Assembly (NCBI GenBank): GCA_965237895.1
Contig: CBDEGR010000002.1
Coordinates: 710,132-774,131 of the forward strand
Source: Terriglobia bacterium
Lineage (GTDB): Bacteria; Acidobacteriota; Terriglobia; UBA7540; JAPUME01
Direction: 5' to 3'
DNA length: 64,000 bases
Each line of letters begins with the position of its first letter. Position 1 is the first letter of the stretch. A program made the position numbers and the translations under genes. Below, piece by piece: positions 10,379 to 22,291 of the stretch. Below the pieces are notes generated by a model that worked only from the letters and a program-made list of their open reading frames with translations, did no database searches and was not told the origin of the DNA.

Positions 10379-10938
10379 CCGATGGCGGCTCCAAGAGCGG
10401 CTCCGATGACGGCACGCTTGACGCGGCTGCCGGAAGTCTTGATTTCGCCTTCCTTGCCGGTGACCTTCGCCACGTCCTTATCTCCATGGACGCCCACGAC
10501 GGTCGCGACCAAAGGAGCCTTGGTTTTACCGGCTTTGATCTCCTCGAAACGAAGCATCATTCGATTATGGCGAACATGCGATACGCGCCCTTTGATTTTG
10601 GACCGGGCGGGCAGAACGCTTCCGTCTTCCGTTTCAATCGGTTCCACCGTCCAGGCTTTGAATTTCTTCCCTCTTTTGGTCTTATCGGCGTCGAGTTTCG
10701 TACGAAGCTCGATCAGGATACGGGTTCCTTCCCGCACCACCGCGGTGGAGTTTCGCGCCAGCAGCGCGGAATCAACGATAAAGATGAGAGCCATCAGCCA
10801 AGCAGCGACGATTACCGTATTTCGTTTCAAGGTATTACTCTTTCCCGTGTTTTGGATTACCTCGCAAGCGGCCCGGAGCGCAGCCTTCTTCCCGCAGAGG
10901 TTTGAAGGACCCGAGGGCGGAACCTCACTAGCCTTCAT
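10276..10938 (-). CDS. membrane-anchored glycine-zipper protein whose 3' end reads into the AAA remnant (possibly a pseudogene)
   Basis: N-terminal TM helix, a beta-rich domain, then [21 protein letters not shown]. This resembles the C-terminus of the BON protein at 58641-59642. After about 10376 the frame runs out of frame through AAA-ATPase sequence to a fortuitous stop. Confidence 0.5.
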   Translation of the reverse strand: MKASEVPPSGPSNLCGKKAALRAACEVIQNTGKSNTLKRNTVIVAAWLMALIFIVDSALLARNSTAVVREGTRILIELRTKLDADKTKRGKKFKAWTVEPIETEDGSVLPARSKIKGRVSHVRHNRMMLRFEEIKAGKTKAPLVATVVGVHGDKDVAKVTGKEGEIKTSGSRVKRAVIGAALGAAIGTAARRDAGRRTGLRQELGGEDHCARMGVAAAAT

Positions 10939-11042
10939 CGGGTACTTCCGGAGCGGGCTTTAGGCGGGGCGGTTCGGGCCGCCCCGCCAACCCCTATCGA
11001 ACGGGTACTTTTGGCCGCCGGAGACCTGTGCTATAAGGGTGG

Positions 11043-11855
11043 ATGCCAAATTCCCCCAACGGTTTACCCGAGAAGGGAAAACCCGCGAAACAGGACGGCC
11101 CGGAAGAGAGACCTGGGCGGCGTTTTACGCTCCGCCAACGCTTGCTAATCTTTCTTGCCAAATGGGTGGGATATGCGGTGCTGGCCTTCCTCGGCCGGAC
11201 GTTGCGTTGGGAGGTGGTGGGCTGGGAAAACTGGAAAGGAATCTCCGCGGGCGGCCGGCGCGCGATCTACACGAGCTGGCATCGCGCCCTCCTTCCCGCC
11301 ACTTGGTTTTGGCGCGGCCGGGGAATCGTGGTGATGTCGAGCTTGGGCTTTGACGCAGAAGTGCTGGACGGGATCCTCGATCGTTGTGGCTACCGAAGGG
11401 CGCGCGGTTCGAGTTCACGAGGGGCTTCCCGGGCGCTGATCGAAATGGCGCGCCGGCTGCAGCAAGGTGTCGAGGTCGGTTTTACGATTGACGGGCCGCG
11501 CGGCCCCCGCTATGTGGCGAAACCCGGCCCCGTTCTTCTCGCCAAGAAAACCGGCAATCCGATCTTCTGTTTCTACATCTCCCCCGAGAGGGCGTACACC
11601 TTCCGCAAGAGCTGGGATTTGTTTCAGGTTCCCTATCCGTTCGCGCGCGCGGTCGTTCTCATGGCCCCGCCCATCTATGTTCCCGCCGACGCGGATCAGG
11701 CAGCCATGGACGAAAAGCGCTGCGAAATGCAGGAGACGCTGGATCGAATTCGTCTTGAAGGAGACGGATGGTGGGAGCGGAAGCGCGCCCGGCCGGCTAA
11801 CTCGACGGCCGGCTCGACTTCTAACTCTCCTGTGGAAAACGAAGCAACCCGCTAA
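11043..11855 (+). CDS. DUF374 lysophospholipid-acyltransferase-like protein
   Basis: Motifs WH...SSLGFDAEVL...RGSSSRGASRAL...TIDGPRGPRY...GPVLLAKKTGNPI match the DUF374 family. Confidence 0.8.
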   Translation: MPNSPNGLPEKGKPAKQDGPEERPGRRFTLRQRLLIFLAKWVGYAVLAFLGRTLRWEVVGWENWKGISAGGRRAIYTSWHRALLPATWFWRGRGIVVMSSLGFDAEVLDGILDRCGYRRARGSSSRGASRALIEMARRLQQGVEVGFTIDGPRGPRYVAKPGPVLLAKKTGNPIFCFYISPERAYTFRKSWDLFQVPYPFARAVVLMAPPIYVPADADQAAMDEKRCEMQETLDRIRLEGDGWWERKRARPANSTAGSTSNSPVENEATR

Positions 11856-12444
11856 GCTGCGCGTGGACCTCCTCCACTTGCCGGCGGGTTTCCTCTAGCG
11901 TGCCGGAACAGTCGATGACATAATCCGCCCGGCGGCGTTTTTCCTCGTTCGGGAGTTGGCCGGCGATGCGGCGGCGCGCCTCTTCGAGCGTCAGGCCGTG
12001 GTCTTGCGTCAGTAGTTCTTCTTGCCGGGCGGGCGGGCACCACGCCGTGATGATCCGGTCAAACCACGAATCCAACTTCGCTTCATAGATCAACGCGGCT
12101 TCCACAAGCAGAATGCTTTCCGGGTAGGCTACGGCCATCTTTTCGCTGTAATAGTTCAGGCGTTCGATGATGCGGGGATGGACGATGGCGTTGAGCCGCC
12201 GGAGTTTTTCCCGGTCGGCGAAGACGATTTCGCCCAGGCGGCCCCGGTCGATCTCTTCGTCTTCTCCGAGCAAGCTTTTTCCAAAACTTTCAAGAATTTC
12301 TTCGTAGGCGGGTTCTGGTTTGCGGATGACTTCGTGGCCTACCGCATCGGCGTTGATCAGCTTCGCACCCAGCTCGCCGAACATATGCGCGACGGTGGTT
12401 TTTCCGCACCCGATGCCGCCGGTGAGTCCTACGCGCAACATCAT
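11821..12444 (-). CDS. coaE: dephospho-CoA kinase
   Basis: P-loop GLTGGIGCGKTTVA and a CoaE-like length of 207 aa. 4-nt overlap with folD. Confidence 0.9.
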   Translation of the reverse strand: MMLRVGLTGGIGCGKTTVAHMFGELGAKLINADAVGHEVIRKPEPAYEEILESFGKSLLGEDEEIDRGRLGEIVFADREKLRRLNAIVHPRIIERLNYYSEKMAVAYPESILLVEAALIYEAKLDSWFDRIITAWCPPARQEELLTQDHGLTLEEARRRIAGQLPNEEKRRRADYVIDCSGTLEETRRQVEEVHAQLSGLLRFPQES

Positions 12445-13385
12445 GAACGCCGGGCGGAGGCGAGACGGACGCTGCGGCGCATCCGCGACGCGTGGACCGT
12501 ATTGGCCATCAGCATGGCAATCGTAAGCGGACCCACGCCGCCGGGCACGGGCGTGTAGGCGCCGGCCCTTTCCTTCACGTCTTCTGGGTGGACGTCTCCG
12601 ACCAGTACGCTGCCCGTGGCCTGGAGTTTTCCCAGGCGCTCGCCCGGGTCACGATAGATCTTCTTGACCTCCTCATTTTGGGTCAGCCGGTTGATTCCCA
12701 CGTCGATCACGGTCGCGCCGGGGCGGATGAAGTCTCGGGTGACCAGCGCCGGGCGGCCGATGGCGGCCACCAGGATGTCGGCTGTCGAGGCCACCTCGGC
12801 CAGGTTGGGGGTCTTCGAATGACAGACGGTAACGGTGGCGTGGTTGTGCATCAGGAGCATGGCGACGGGTTTGCCGACCATGTCGCTCCGGCCGACGACC
12901 ACCGCCCGCTTGCCGGAAATCGGAACGTTGCTGCGGCGAAGAATTTCAATGATGCCCGCCGGGGTGCAGGGGACCAGCCCTTCGCGCCCGCTCACCAGCC
13001 GGCCGATGCTCACCGGATGCAACCCGTCAACGTCTTTATCGGGAGCAATCGCTTCCAGCACACGCTTGACGTCGATCTCGCCGGGAAGGGGAAGCTGAAT
13101 CAGAATGCCGTCGATGTTGTCCCGCCCGTTGAGGCTGGAGACAAGATAAAGCAGGTCGTCGGTCGTCGAGTCCTTAGGTAGGTCGAAGGATTCACTGAAG
13201 ATGTTCAGCGATTCGCAGGCCTTGATCTTGTTTTCGACGTAGATCTTGGAAGCGGAGTCGTTGCCCACCAGGACCGCTGCCAAGCCGGGGCGGATTCCCA
13301 ATTTTTCAAGGGCGGAGACTTCATCGCGGAGCTCATCAATGATCTCCTGGCGAATCTTTTTTCCGTCTAGGATGCGAGCGCTCAA
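12441..13385 (-). CDS. folD: bifunctional methylenetetrahydrofolate dehydrogenase/cyclohydrolase
   Basis: MSARILDGKKIRQEI...VLVGNDSASKIYV...VVVGRSDMVGKPVAMLL...PVPGGVGPLTIAML is canonical FolD. Short basic C-terminal extension. Confidence 0.95.
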   Translation of the reverse strand: MSARILDGKKIRQEIIDELRDEVSALEKLGIRPGLAAVLVGNDSASKIYVENKIKACESLNIFSESFDLPKDSTTDDLLYLVSSLNGRDNIDGILIQLPLPGEIDVKRVLEAIAPDKDVDGLHPVSIGRLVSGREGLVPCTPAGIIEILRRSNVPISGKRAVVVGRSDMVGKPVAMLLMHNHATVTVCHSKTPNLAEVASTADILVAAIGRPALVTRDFIRPGATVIDVGINRLTQNEEVKKIYRDPGERLGKLQATGSVLVGDVHPEDVKERAGAYTPVPGGVGPLTIAMLMANTVHASRMRRSVRLASARRS

Positions 13386-13818
13386 TCGGTTTCATCCTCC
13401 TAGGGTGAAATGACCCCCCATGATATAGCAAAAGGACGGCGCGGCGGACGGCGGAGTGGAAAATTGTGTTGTGTCCCTTGGGGTGGCCGGACGGCTGGAA
13501 GCGGACCCCACAAATCTTCACACCGGACTACAGCTTGCATGCGAGCTGGCCGCGGTGACCGACGCGCTCGAAATCCACCAGGGAAACGTCGCCCCCGGTA
13601 CGAGAGCAAGCGCTTGGCCGCTCAGCTCAAGCGCGATGCCCAGGAGTACCGTAGCCTGCTCCGGTGGTGGCGCGCACACTTGATCGGGATTGCCGAGCGA
13701 CAGGACCAAGCCGCGCCGGTAGACTCGGCATCGAGCAGACTCTTCCGCTGCCGAGGAAGTGCTTGCTCAAACCGAACGGCCGACAAGGGTATGAATCGTA
13801 CGGGTCCGTTTTGTTCAG

Positions 13819-14307
13819 TTAAGTCGAGGGCGGGGTTTCTTCTCGGTCTTTCCCTTTCGATTTCAACAGCTCGTTCAACTCTTCTTTAAACTCGCTCACA
13901 TCCTTGAAATCCAGATAGACCGAGGCGAAGCGTACGTAGGCAACCTTGTCGAGCTGCCGCAAACGGCTCATGATCAGTTCCCCGATTTTGGAGCTGGGGC
14001 GCTCCCGGTCGGGCGAATCCGCCACGTGTGACTCGGCGTCGTTGACGATCCGTTCCAGCCGCAGCATGCTCACCGGACGTTTCTCGCAGGCTTTCAGTAT
14101 TCCGGTCAGCACTTTCTGTCGGTCGAATTTCTCCCGGCGGCCGTCTTTCTTCACCACCATCGGAGGGATTTCGTCGATCCGTTCGTAGGTGGTAAAGCGC
14201 CGATCGCACTTCAGACATTCGCGGCGGCGGCGGACGATGTTGCCTTCCCGCACCGTGCGCGAGTCCATCACTTTGTCTTCTTCATGCGCGCAGTAAGGAC
14301 ATTTCAT
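13819..14307 (-). CDS. nrdR: transcriptional repressor NrdR
   Basis: MKCPYCAHEEDKVMDSRTVREGNIVRRRRECLKCDRRFTTYE (zinc ribbon) followed by an ATP-cone. Confidence 0.95.
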   Translation of the reverse strand: MKCPYCAHEEDKVMDSRTVREGNIVRRRRECLKCDRRFTTYERIDEIPPMVVKKDGRREKFDRQKVLTGILKACEKRPVSMLRLERIVNDAESHVADSPDRERPSSKIGELIMSRLRQLDKVAYVRFASVYLDFKDVSEFKEELNELLKSKGKDREETPPST

Positions 14308-14328
14308 GGTTCGCTTCCCGGGGGCCCC

Positions 14329-15431
14329 TCATCGTCCTACTCCGGCCTGCCGGTCCTCGGAAAGGGTTTCTTTCTCTTCGGCCCAATGGCGCAATTTCCC
14401 ATAAGAGAGTCCCTCCCGGAACATCCAGACGGCGCCGACCAGGGTCGCCGGCACCATGATGACAACCCAAGTTAGCAGAGCGACGGCGGTGGCCGCGACC
14501 GGCTCCAGGCCTACAATCTCCTTCAATGTGATTGCCACGGCCACTTGGAAGCCTCCGCCGATTCCCGGCACTTGTACCGTTAGGCCGAGGACGCTCGAAA
14601 AGACGGCAATAAAGGTTCCGTACCAAGTGAGGCGGTCGGCTCCGCCCCCCCAGCCCCTGCGCCACCAGCCAGAAGACGGAGACATTGGCGGTCCAGACCA
14701 AGATGGAATAACCGAGGCTCGAAAGAAGTACCTGCCCTTTGCCGATGGTTCCCAGGCCGATGGAGAAAGATTCGGCCACACCGAGCAGCCATTTTTTTTC
14801 TTCGTTCGGAAAGCAGAGGGATCGGCTTCGAGCTGGAAAGATGGGAGATGGCCCCTTCCGCCTTCATTTGAAAATAAATCAATCCGACGATGAGGATCAG
14901 CAAGAGAAACAGCAGCCCGCGGCTTGAAATTTCCAGAGCCCGGATGAAGGCGCTGTCCTGCGGGCGGGTCGGGTCGATGCCGCCCAGCGACAATCCCAAA
15001 CCGAGGATCAGAAAGATGAAGACCGAGTCATACACGCGTTCCAGCAGCCAGACGGCCGCCATGGAGACAAAGGGAACTCCGCCGCGCCGGGCCACGTAAG
15101 CGGGACGCACCAACTCCCCGGCGCGCCCGATGAGATACACCGTGCTGAAGCCGATGAACTGGCCCGCAACCAAGGTCTTCAAGGGAACATGAACAATGTG
15201 CTCGAGAAAGGATCTCCAGCGGAGGGCGCGCAAAAGATAGGTGCTGAGCGAAACGGCGACGGCAGCCAGCAGAAAACCCAGGTACACCTGCCTGAAAATT
15301 TTCCAAAGATGATCCCAGCGAAACGCCCGCCACTCTTCGCTCGCCGTCAGATGGCGGGCGATCAGCGCCAGAACCGCACCCACGGCCAAGAGCCACAGCA
15401 CACGCTTCCAGATTCGTGGAGAAATTTTCAA
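14329..15431 (-). pseudogene. LPG-synthase-TM (UPF0104) family membrane protein, reading frame broken twice
   Basis: Family-like sequence continues across three frames: LRALRWRSFL..., then ...WLLGVAESFSIGLGTIGKGQVLLSSLGYSILVWTANVSVFWLVAQGLGG, then ADRLTWYGTFIAVFSSVLGLTVQVPGIGGGFQVA.... The switches coincide with a T8 run (14792-14799) and a C7 run (14645-14651). Confidence 0.75.
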
Positions 15432-15492
15432 TCAAACCCTCAAGAAGGAGAACAGATATCACGAACGGAGAATGAATGACAGAAGAAAAAAA

Positions 15493-16797
15493 TTACCGCA
15501 CCAGTTTTTTCAAAGTCTTATAGAAATCGGGGTAGGAGATGGCCGCCGAGCGGCTGCCGAGGATCGTGGTCGGTTCGGAGCCTTCGGCCACAAGTCCGGC
15601 GACGGCGAAGGCCATGGCAATGCGGTGGTCCCCTTCCGGTTTGATCTGGGCTCCACGGAGCTTCTGCCGGCCGGGAACCCGGAAGCCGTCGGGAAATTCC
15701 TCGACTTCCGCGCCCATGCGGCGCAGATTTTCCGCCACGGTCCGGATGCGGTCGCTCTCCTTCACGCGCAGCTCTTCGGCCCCCTGTACTTCGAATCCAT
15801 CTTCCGTCTGCGTTCCCAGAATTCCCAAGACGGGCACCTCGTCGATCAGCGAAGGCACTTTCTCTTTGGGTACCGCAAGGGCGGTCAGGCGGCTGGAGCG
15901 GACGTGCAGGTCGCCGACCAATTCGCCTTGCATCATCTCCACGTTCAAAATCTTGAGGTAGCCTCCGGCACCGACCAGAAGGTCGAGCAGGGCCGTGCGC
16001 GTCGGGTTCAACCCGACGTTTCGCAACGTCAGGTCGGAGTCGGGCGTGATGAGCGCCGCCGCGATCCAAAAAGCCGCCGAAGAGAGATCGCCCGGCACGT
16101 GCAGTGATTGGGCTTTGAGCTTCGGGCGGCCCTCGACGGCAATGGTCAGGTCGTGACGGCCCACCTCCGCGCCGAACTGCTCGAGGGCGATCTCCGTATG
16201 GTCGCGCGTGGGGAGCGGCTCGACGACTTGCGTCACCCCCTCGGCAAAGAGTCCCGCCAACAGAACGGCCGACTTTACCTGCGCGCTGGCCACTGGAAGC
16301 TCGTAACGGAGCGCGGTGAGCGCACCGCCCCGAATGGTAAGCGGCGGCCGGCCGTCCTCGGCCGACTTGATTTCAGCGCCCATCTGTTCGAGCGGCGAGA
16401 TGACGCGCGACATGGGACGGCGGGAGAGCGACTTGTCCCCTTGGATCACGGAGCGGAAACTCTGTCCGGCGAGGATCCCCGCCGCCAAGCGCATCGTGGT
16501 GCCGGAGTTTCCGGCGTACAGTTTGGAGCGGGGGGCGCGAAGACCCGCCAGCCCGCGTCCTTCGATCTTCACCGTCTCGCCCACCTTCGAAGCTGTCACG
16601 CCCAGTTTCCTCAGGCACTCAAGGGTACTTTCGCAATCCCGGCTGGGCGAGTAGCCGCGAATCTCCGTCATTCCTTCGGCCAGCGCGGCCAGCAGGGCGT
16701 AGCGGTGCGAGATGGACTTGTCGCCCGGAACCGGCAGCATTCCTTGGAGGGACTTTGCCTGGTGTATGATTTCCCTATCGCGTGAGAAAATTTTCAT
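15493..16797 (-). CDS. aroA: 3-phosphoshikimate 1-carboxyvinyltransferase (EPSP synthase)
   Basis: From the ATG at 16797: MKIFSRD...LPVPGDKSISHRYALLAALAEG..., with EPSPS motifs throughout. The upstream 30 codons of the ORF overlap the rnpB 3' region and are not used. Confidence 0.93.
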   Translation of the reverse strand: MKIFSRDREIIHQAKSLQGMLPVPGDKSISHRYALLAALAEGMTEIRGYSPSRDCESTLECLRKLGVTASKVGETVKIEGRGLAGLRAPRSKLYAGNSGTTMRLAAGILAGQSFRSVIQGDKSLSRRPMSRVISPLEQMGAEIKSAEDGRPPLTIRGGALTALRYELPVASAQVKSAVLLAGLFAEGVTQVVEPLPTRDHTEIALEQFGAEVGRHDLTIAVEGRPKLKAQSLHVPGDLSSAAFWIAAALITPDSDLTLRNVGLNPTRTALLDLLVGAGGYLKILNVEMMQGELVGDLHVRSSRLTALAVPKEKVPSLIDEVPVLGILGTQTEDGFEVQGAEELRVKESDRIRTVAENLRRMGAEVEEFPDGFRVPGRQKLRGAQIKPEGDHRIAMAFAVAGLVAEGSEPTTILGSRSAAISYPDFYKTLKKLVR

Positions 16798-16819
16798 TAG
16801 GCTTAGATAAAAGGAGTTT

Positions 16820-17279
16820 GGGAAGAACAAGCCTGTAAGCCGAATTTTGTCTCCACGGCGGCTTACGCCGCCGCGGAGGGTGATCATTCCTCTAGGCCCG
16901 ACATTGCTGCGGGGCTCAAGCGACCTACCCGGGAGTCGCCCCCGGCCTCTTGCGACGCCGCGTTGCGGAACGGGCGGTTCCTCCTCCCCTATTTGGTCTT
17001 GCTCCGTGTGGGGTTTGCCGTGCCCTTCGCCTCACGACGAAGGCGGTGCGCTCTTACTTTAAGTCCGCCTCCCGGCGGACCGCACCATTTCACCCTTACC
17101 TGTGCCCCTTACGGGGCCATCGGCGGTATGTTTTCTGTTGCACTTTCCGTAGCCGCACCGTCTCCGGCGCGACTCCTCGCCGTTAGCGAGCACACTGCCC
17201 TGCGGAGTTCGGACTTTCCTCTCCCCCACCGAAATCTTGCGACTCCGGCGAGGCAGCGATCACCCGACTTGTTCTTCCC
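16820..17279 (-). ncRNA. rnpB: RNase P RNA, bacterial type A
   Basis: The minus strand carries GAGAGGAAAGUCCGAAC (P4 5' strand), GCAACAGAAAACAUACCGCC, GGUAAGGGUGAAAUGGUGCGG and ACAAAAUUCGGCUUACAGG. The terminal P1 pairing is GGGAAGAACAAGUC with GGCUUGUUCUUCCC. Ends are approximate (within about 10 nt). Confidence 0.88.
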
Positions 17280-17496
17280 AAAATCCTTCGATTGATCATA
17301 GCCGTCGGCGCGGGCCGGGTCAAATAAAGAGGAGATTCCGCCTATTAATATTTGGATCAGAGCCGGCCATAAGGAATGTTGCTTTGGTACTTTCTCCAGG
17401 AGAACAGCGCCGAGAGCAGGATGAACAGGCCCGTCAAGCATGCTGCGCGCCCCCTCCCCGGCCGCATTCGGTTGGCGATGGAAGACGAACCGTTGG

Positions 17497-19683
<2,187 letters not shown>

Positions 19684-19722
19684 CTAGCCTTAATCAATTG
19701 GGAAATTCAGGTGGCAATGGTT

Positions 19723-20097
19723 ATGAAGTACGCAATCCTATCCCTTACGTGCCTGTTGGGGATGACACTCACGGCAGGGGCGCAGAAGGTGGGCGGCGAT
19801 TCGGCCCCGGTGCGCTTCGGCAACCCGACGGGTACGGCGCGCCCTTTTCAGAATTTAATTTACGGTGTGGTCAAGAAGATCACCGAGAGCGAGATCGTGC
19901 TGACAAAGACCCAGCACGGGTTCGACCAGACCTTTCAACTGGTAAAAAAAACCAAGTATTTCCGTGATGGAAAGCCCACGGCGCTCGATTCCATCAAAGA
20001 GGGTGAATCGGTCTATGTGCGCCAGAAAAAAAAGAAGAAGGGCGTGGTGATCGCTGAGCGCGTTACGACAGGAATCCTTGCCACACAGACGCGCTAG
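19723..20097 (+). CDS. small secreted protein (hypothetical)
   Basis: MKYAILSLTCLLGMTLTAGAQ signal peptide, with AGGTGG 8 nt upstream. The start could be 19717. Confidence 0.55.
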   Translation: MKYAILSLTCLLGMTLTAGAQKVGGDSAPVRFGNPTGTARPFQNLIYGVVKKITESEIVLTKTQHGFDQTFQLVKKTKYFRDGKPTALDSIKEGESVYVRQKKKKKGVVIAERVTTGILATQTR

Positions 20098-20171
20098 CCA
20101 TTCATAATTTTATTTATTTGTTTGCTACCGCTTCCCTATAAGATTCCCGAAAAGTATGATGAACCTTCCCT

Positions 20172-21191
20172 ATGCCTCCCGCCTCTAGCCCGGAAAAAAA
20201 GTATGGGCGGGCCGTTCTGATCTACAATCCAGTGGCTGGCGGAAATCCCCGGAAAAAGGAGCGGCAAATCCGTAAGGTCGCCGCGGTCTTGACCCGGCAG
20301 GTTTCCGAGCTTGAAATCGCTCCGACCCGTGGGCCGGGCCAAGGCCGCGAGCTTGCCGCCTCGACGGTGCAAAAGGGCGCCTCGGTGATCTTCGTCTGGG
20401 GTGGGGACGGAACCATCAACGAAGTCGTCAACGGAATGGCCGGGTCGCGGGTTCCCTTGGCGGTGTTGTCCGGAGGTACGGCGAACATACTGGCGCGGAC
20501 CCTGAAGATGCCCCGTTCGCCGGTCCGTGGCGCGCGTGCCTTTTTGAACTGGGAGCCGCGGCGCATCGGGCTGGGATGCGTCACGTGGTTCAACCCCGAT
20601 CAAGGAAAGAGATTTTTCCTGAGCGTGGCCGGTGTGGGATTCGACGGCGCGGTGATCCGCAATCTTTCCTCGAAAAGTAAAAGGTATTTGGGGAAGGTGG
20701 CCTACGGGCTGGAAGGTCTTCGGCAGTGGTGGCGGCGGAATATTGTCCCCTTTGAAATCGTCGTGGGCGGCAACGTCCGGCGCACCGCATTTGTCGTGCT
20801 GGGGCGCGCTCCGAAGTACGGCGGCGGGTTTCGTATCACGCCCGGGTCCAGCATCTTTTCGGATAAGATGATCGCGACTGTTTTTCGTGGGACGCGGCGG
20901 CGTGATTACTTGAAGTATCTTGCGGGCATCGTGACGGGCCTGCATCCGAATTTCAACGACGTGGACGTGGAACCGGTCGTGAGCCTGGAGTGTCGAGTGC
21001 CGGCCGTTGACGTTGCATCTTCCGGCGAAGTTGAAGAGAACGTGGAAGTAGGAGTGGAAGTGGAAGTGGAAGTGGAAGTGGAAGTGGAAGTGGAAGTGGA
21101 AGTGGATGGAGAGCTGGTGGGAAATCTCCCGGCCCGCATCGAACTTTTGCCCGATATGCTGACGCTTCTGGTGCCGCCGGATTCAGGTTGA
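20172..21191 (+). CDS. diacylglycerol-kinase-family lipid kinase (YegS/BmrU-like) with an internal Val-Glu repeat
   Basis: VWGGDGTINEVVNG motif and a C-terminal ...DGELVGNLPARIELLPDMLTLLVP. (VE)8 is inserted just before the DGE motif. Confidence 0.85.
   Translation: MPPASSPEKKYGRAVLIYNPVAGGNPRKKERQIRKVAAVLTRQVSELEIAPTRGPGQGRELAASTVQKGASVIFVWGGDGTINEVVNGMAGSRVPLAVLSGGTANILARTLKMPRSPVRGARAFLNWEPRRIGLGCVTWFNPDQGKRFFLSVAGVGFDGAVIRNLSSKSKRYLGKVAYGLEGLRQWWRRNIVPFEIVVGGNVRRTAFVVLGRAPKYGGGFRITPGSSIFSDKMIATVFRGTRRRDYLKYLAGIVTGLHPNFNDVDVEPVVSLECRVPAVDVASSGEVEENVEVGVEVEVEVEVEVEVEVEVDGELVGNLPARIELLPDMLTLLVPPDSG
21042..21107 (+). repeat. coding hexanucleotide tandem repeat: (GTGGAA)8 perfect at 21054-21101, with degenerate flanking copies
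   Basis: Direct reading gives GTGGAA GTAGGA, then GTGGAA x8, then GTGGAT. This encodes VEVG(VE)8VD. Confidence 0.97.
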
Positions 21192-21229
21192 TGACGGAAT
21201 AATTTCCACAACGGGGGAAGAACACCGGA

Positions 21230-22291
21230 ATGGAAAATCTGACGCATACTCTGGTGGGCGTGGCCCTTTCGCAGGCAGGCCTCAAGAGGCTTACCCCCTA
21301 CGCCACGCTCAGCCTGATCATCGGGGCCAACTTGCCCGACATCGACGTCGTCACGCGAATGGAGAGTACGGCGAACTATCTGAAATACCATCGCGGCATC
21401 ACGCATTCGTTTGTCGGCGCGACGGTGCTAGGATTGGCCCTGGCCGTTGCCGTGTGGGGAACGGTTCACGTAGCGGCCAAGATTCGCCGCCGGCCTCCGC
21501 CGAATTTGAAAATACTTCCGCTGTTTCTAGTCTGCTGGGTCGGGACCGCGAGCCATCTGTTGCTGGACTTTACCAACTCTTATGGCGTTCGCCTTTTCCT
21601 GCCGTTCAGCGGGCGGTGGATTGCCTGGGACGTCATGTACGTCTTCGACCCGATTCTCTTGCTGGCGCTCCTTGGCGGGTTGATACTTCCCGCGCTTTTC
21701 CGGCTGATTTCCGAGGAAGTGGGCGCAAAAAAAACGGAGTGCCGCTGGGGGGCGGTTGCGGTGCTGGTCTTCCTGATTGCCTGGTGGGGACTTCGGGATG
21801 TGGCGCACCGGCGCGCTCTTGAGATGCTGGAAGATCAGAGCAGCTACGGACCTGAGACGGTGCTCAGCCGCGGGGTTTTTCCCTCACCGGCCAATCCCTT
21901 TTTCTGGAATGGGATCGTGGAAACGCCGGCGGCCTTCTATTCTGTTCCCCTCAATCTCCTCGACTCCGGTTTCACCGACACCCTTCGCGTCTTTCGCAAA
22001 CGCCCGCCGCAAGGAAAACTGATTCTCGTTTTCGCCGCGGCGGAGAAGACCCAGACCTTTCAAATTTTCTCCGACTTTGCTCGCTATCCATGGAGCGTGG
22101 GTTTCAACGACCCGGAAGGGTTTAAGGTTGAGGTGCGCGACTTGCGGTTTCTCCCGGCCACGCGTGACCGCCAAGGATTCATTACCACGATCGAGTTGGA
22201 CCGCCATCTGGCTGTTGTGCGGGAAGAGTTCGCGTTCGATTCGCAACCCTTGCCCTCCATGGTCGGGTCAAGACGAAGGTGGATTCGGTGA
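21230..22291 (+). CDS. membrane-bound metal-dependent hydrolase (YdjM/DUF457-like)
   Basis: MENLTHTLVGVALSQAGL...GANLPDIDVV...YHRGITHS motifs and several TM helices. Confidence 0.75.
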   Translation: MENLTHTLVGVALSQAGLKRLTPYATLSLIIGANLPDIDVVTRMESTANYLKYHRGITHSFVGATVLGLALAVAVWGTVHVAAKIRRRPPPNLKILPLFLVCWVGTASHLLLDFTNSYGVRLFLPFSGRWIAWDVMYVFDPILLLALLGGLILPALFRLISEEVGAKKTECRWGAVAVLVFLIAWWGLRDVAHRRALEMLEDQSSYGPETVLSRGVFPSPANPFFWNGIVETPAAFYSVPLNLLDSGFTDTLRVFRKRPPQGKLILVFAAAEKTQTFQIFSDFARYPWSVGFNDPEGFKVEVRDLRFLPATRDRQGFITTIELDRHLAVVREEFAFDSQPLPSMVGSRRRWIR

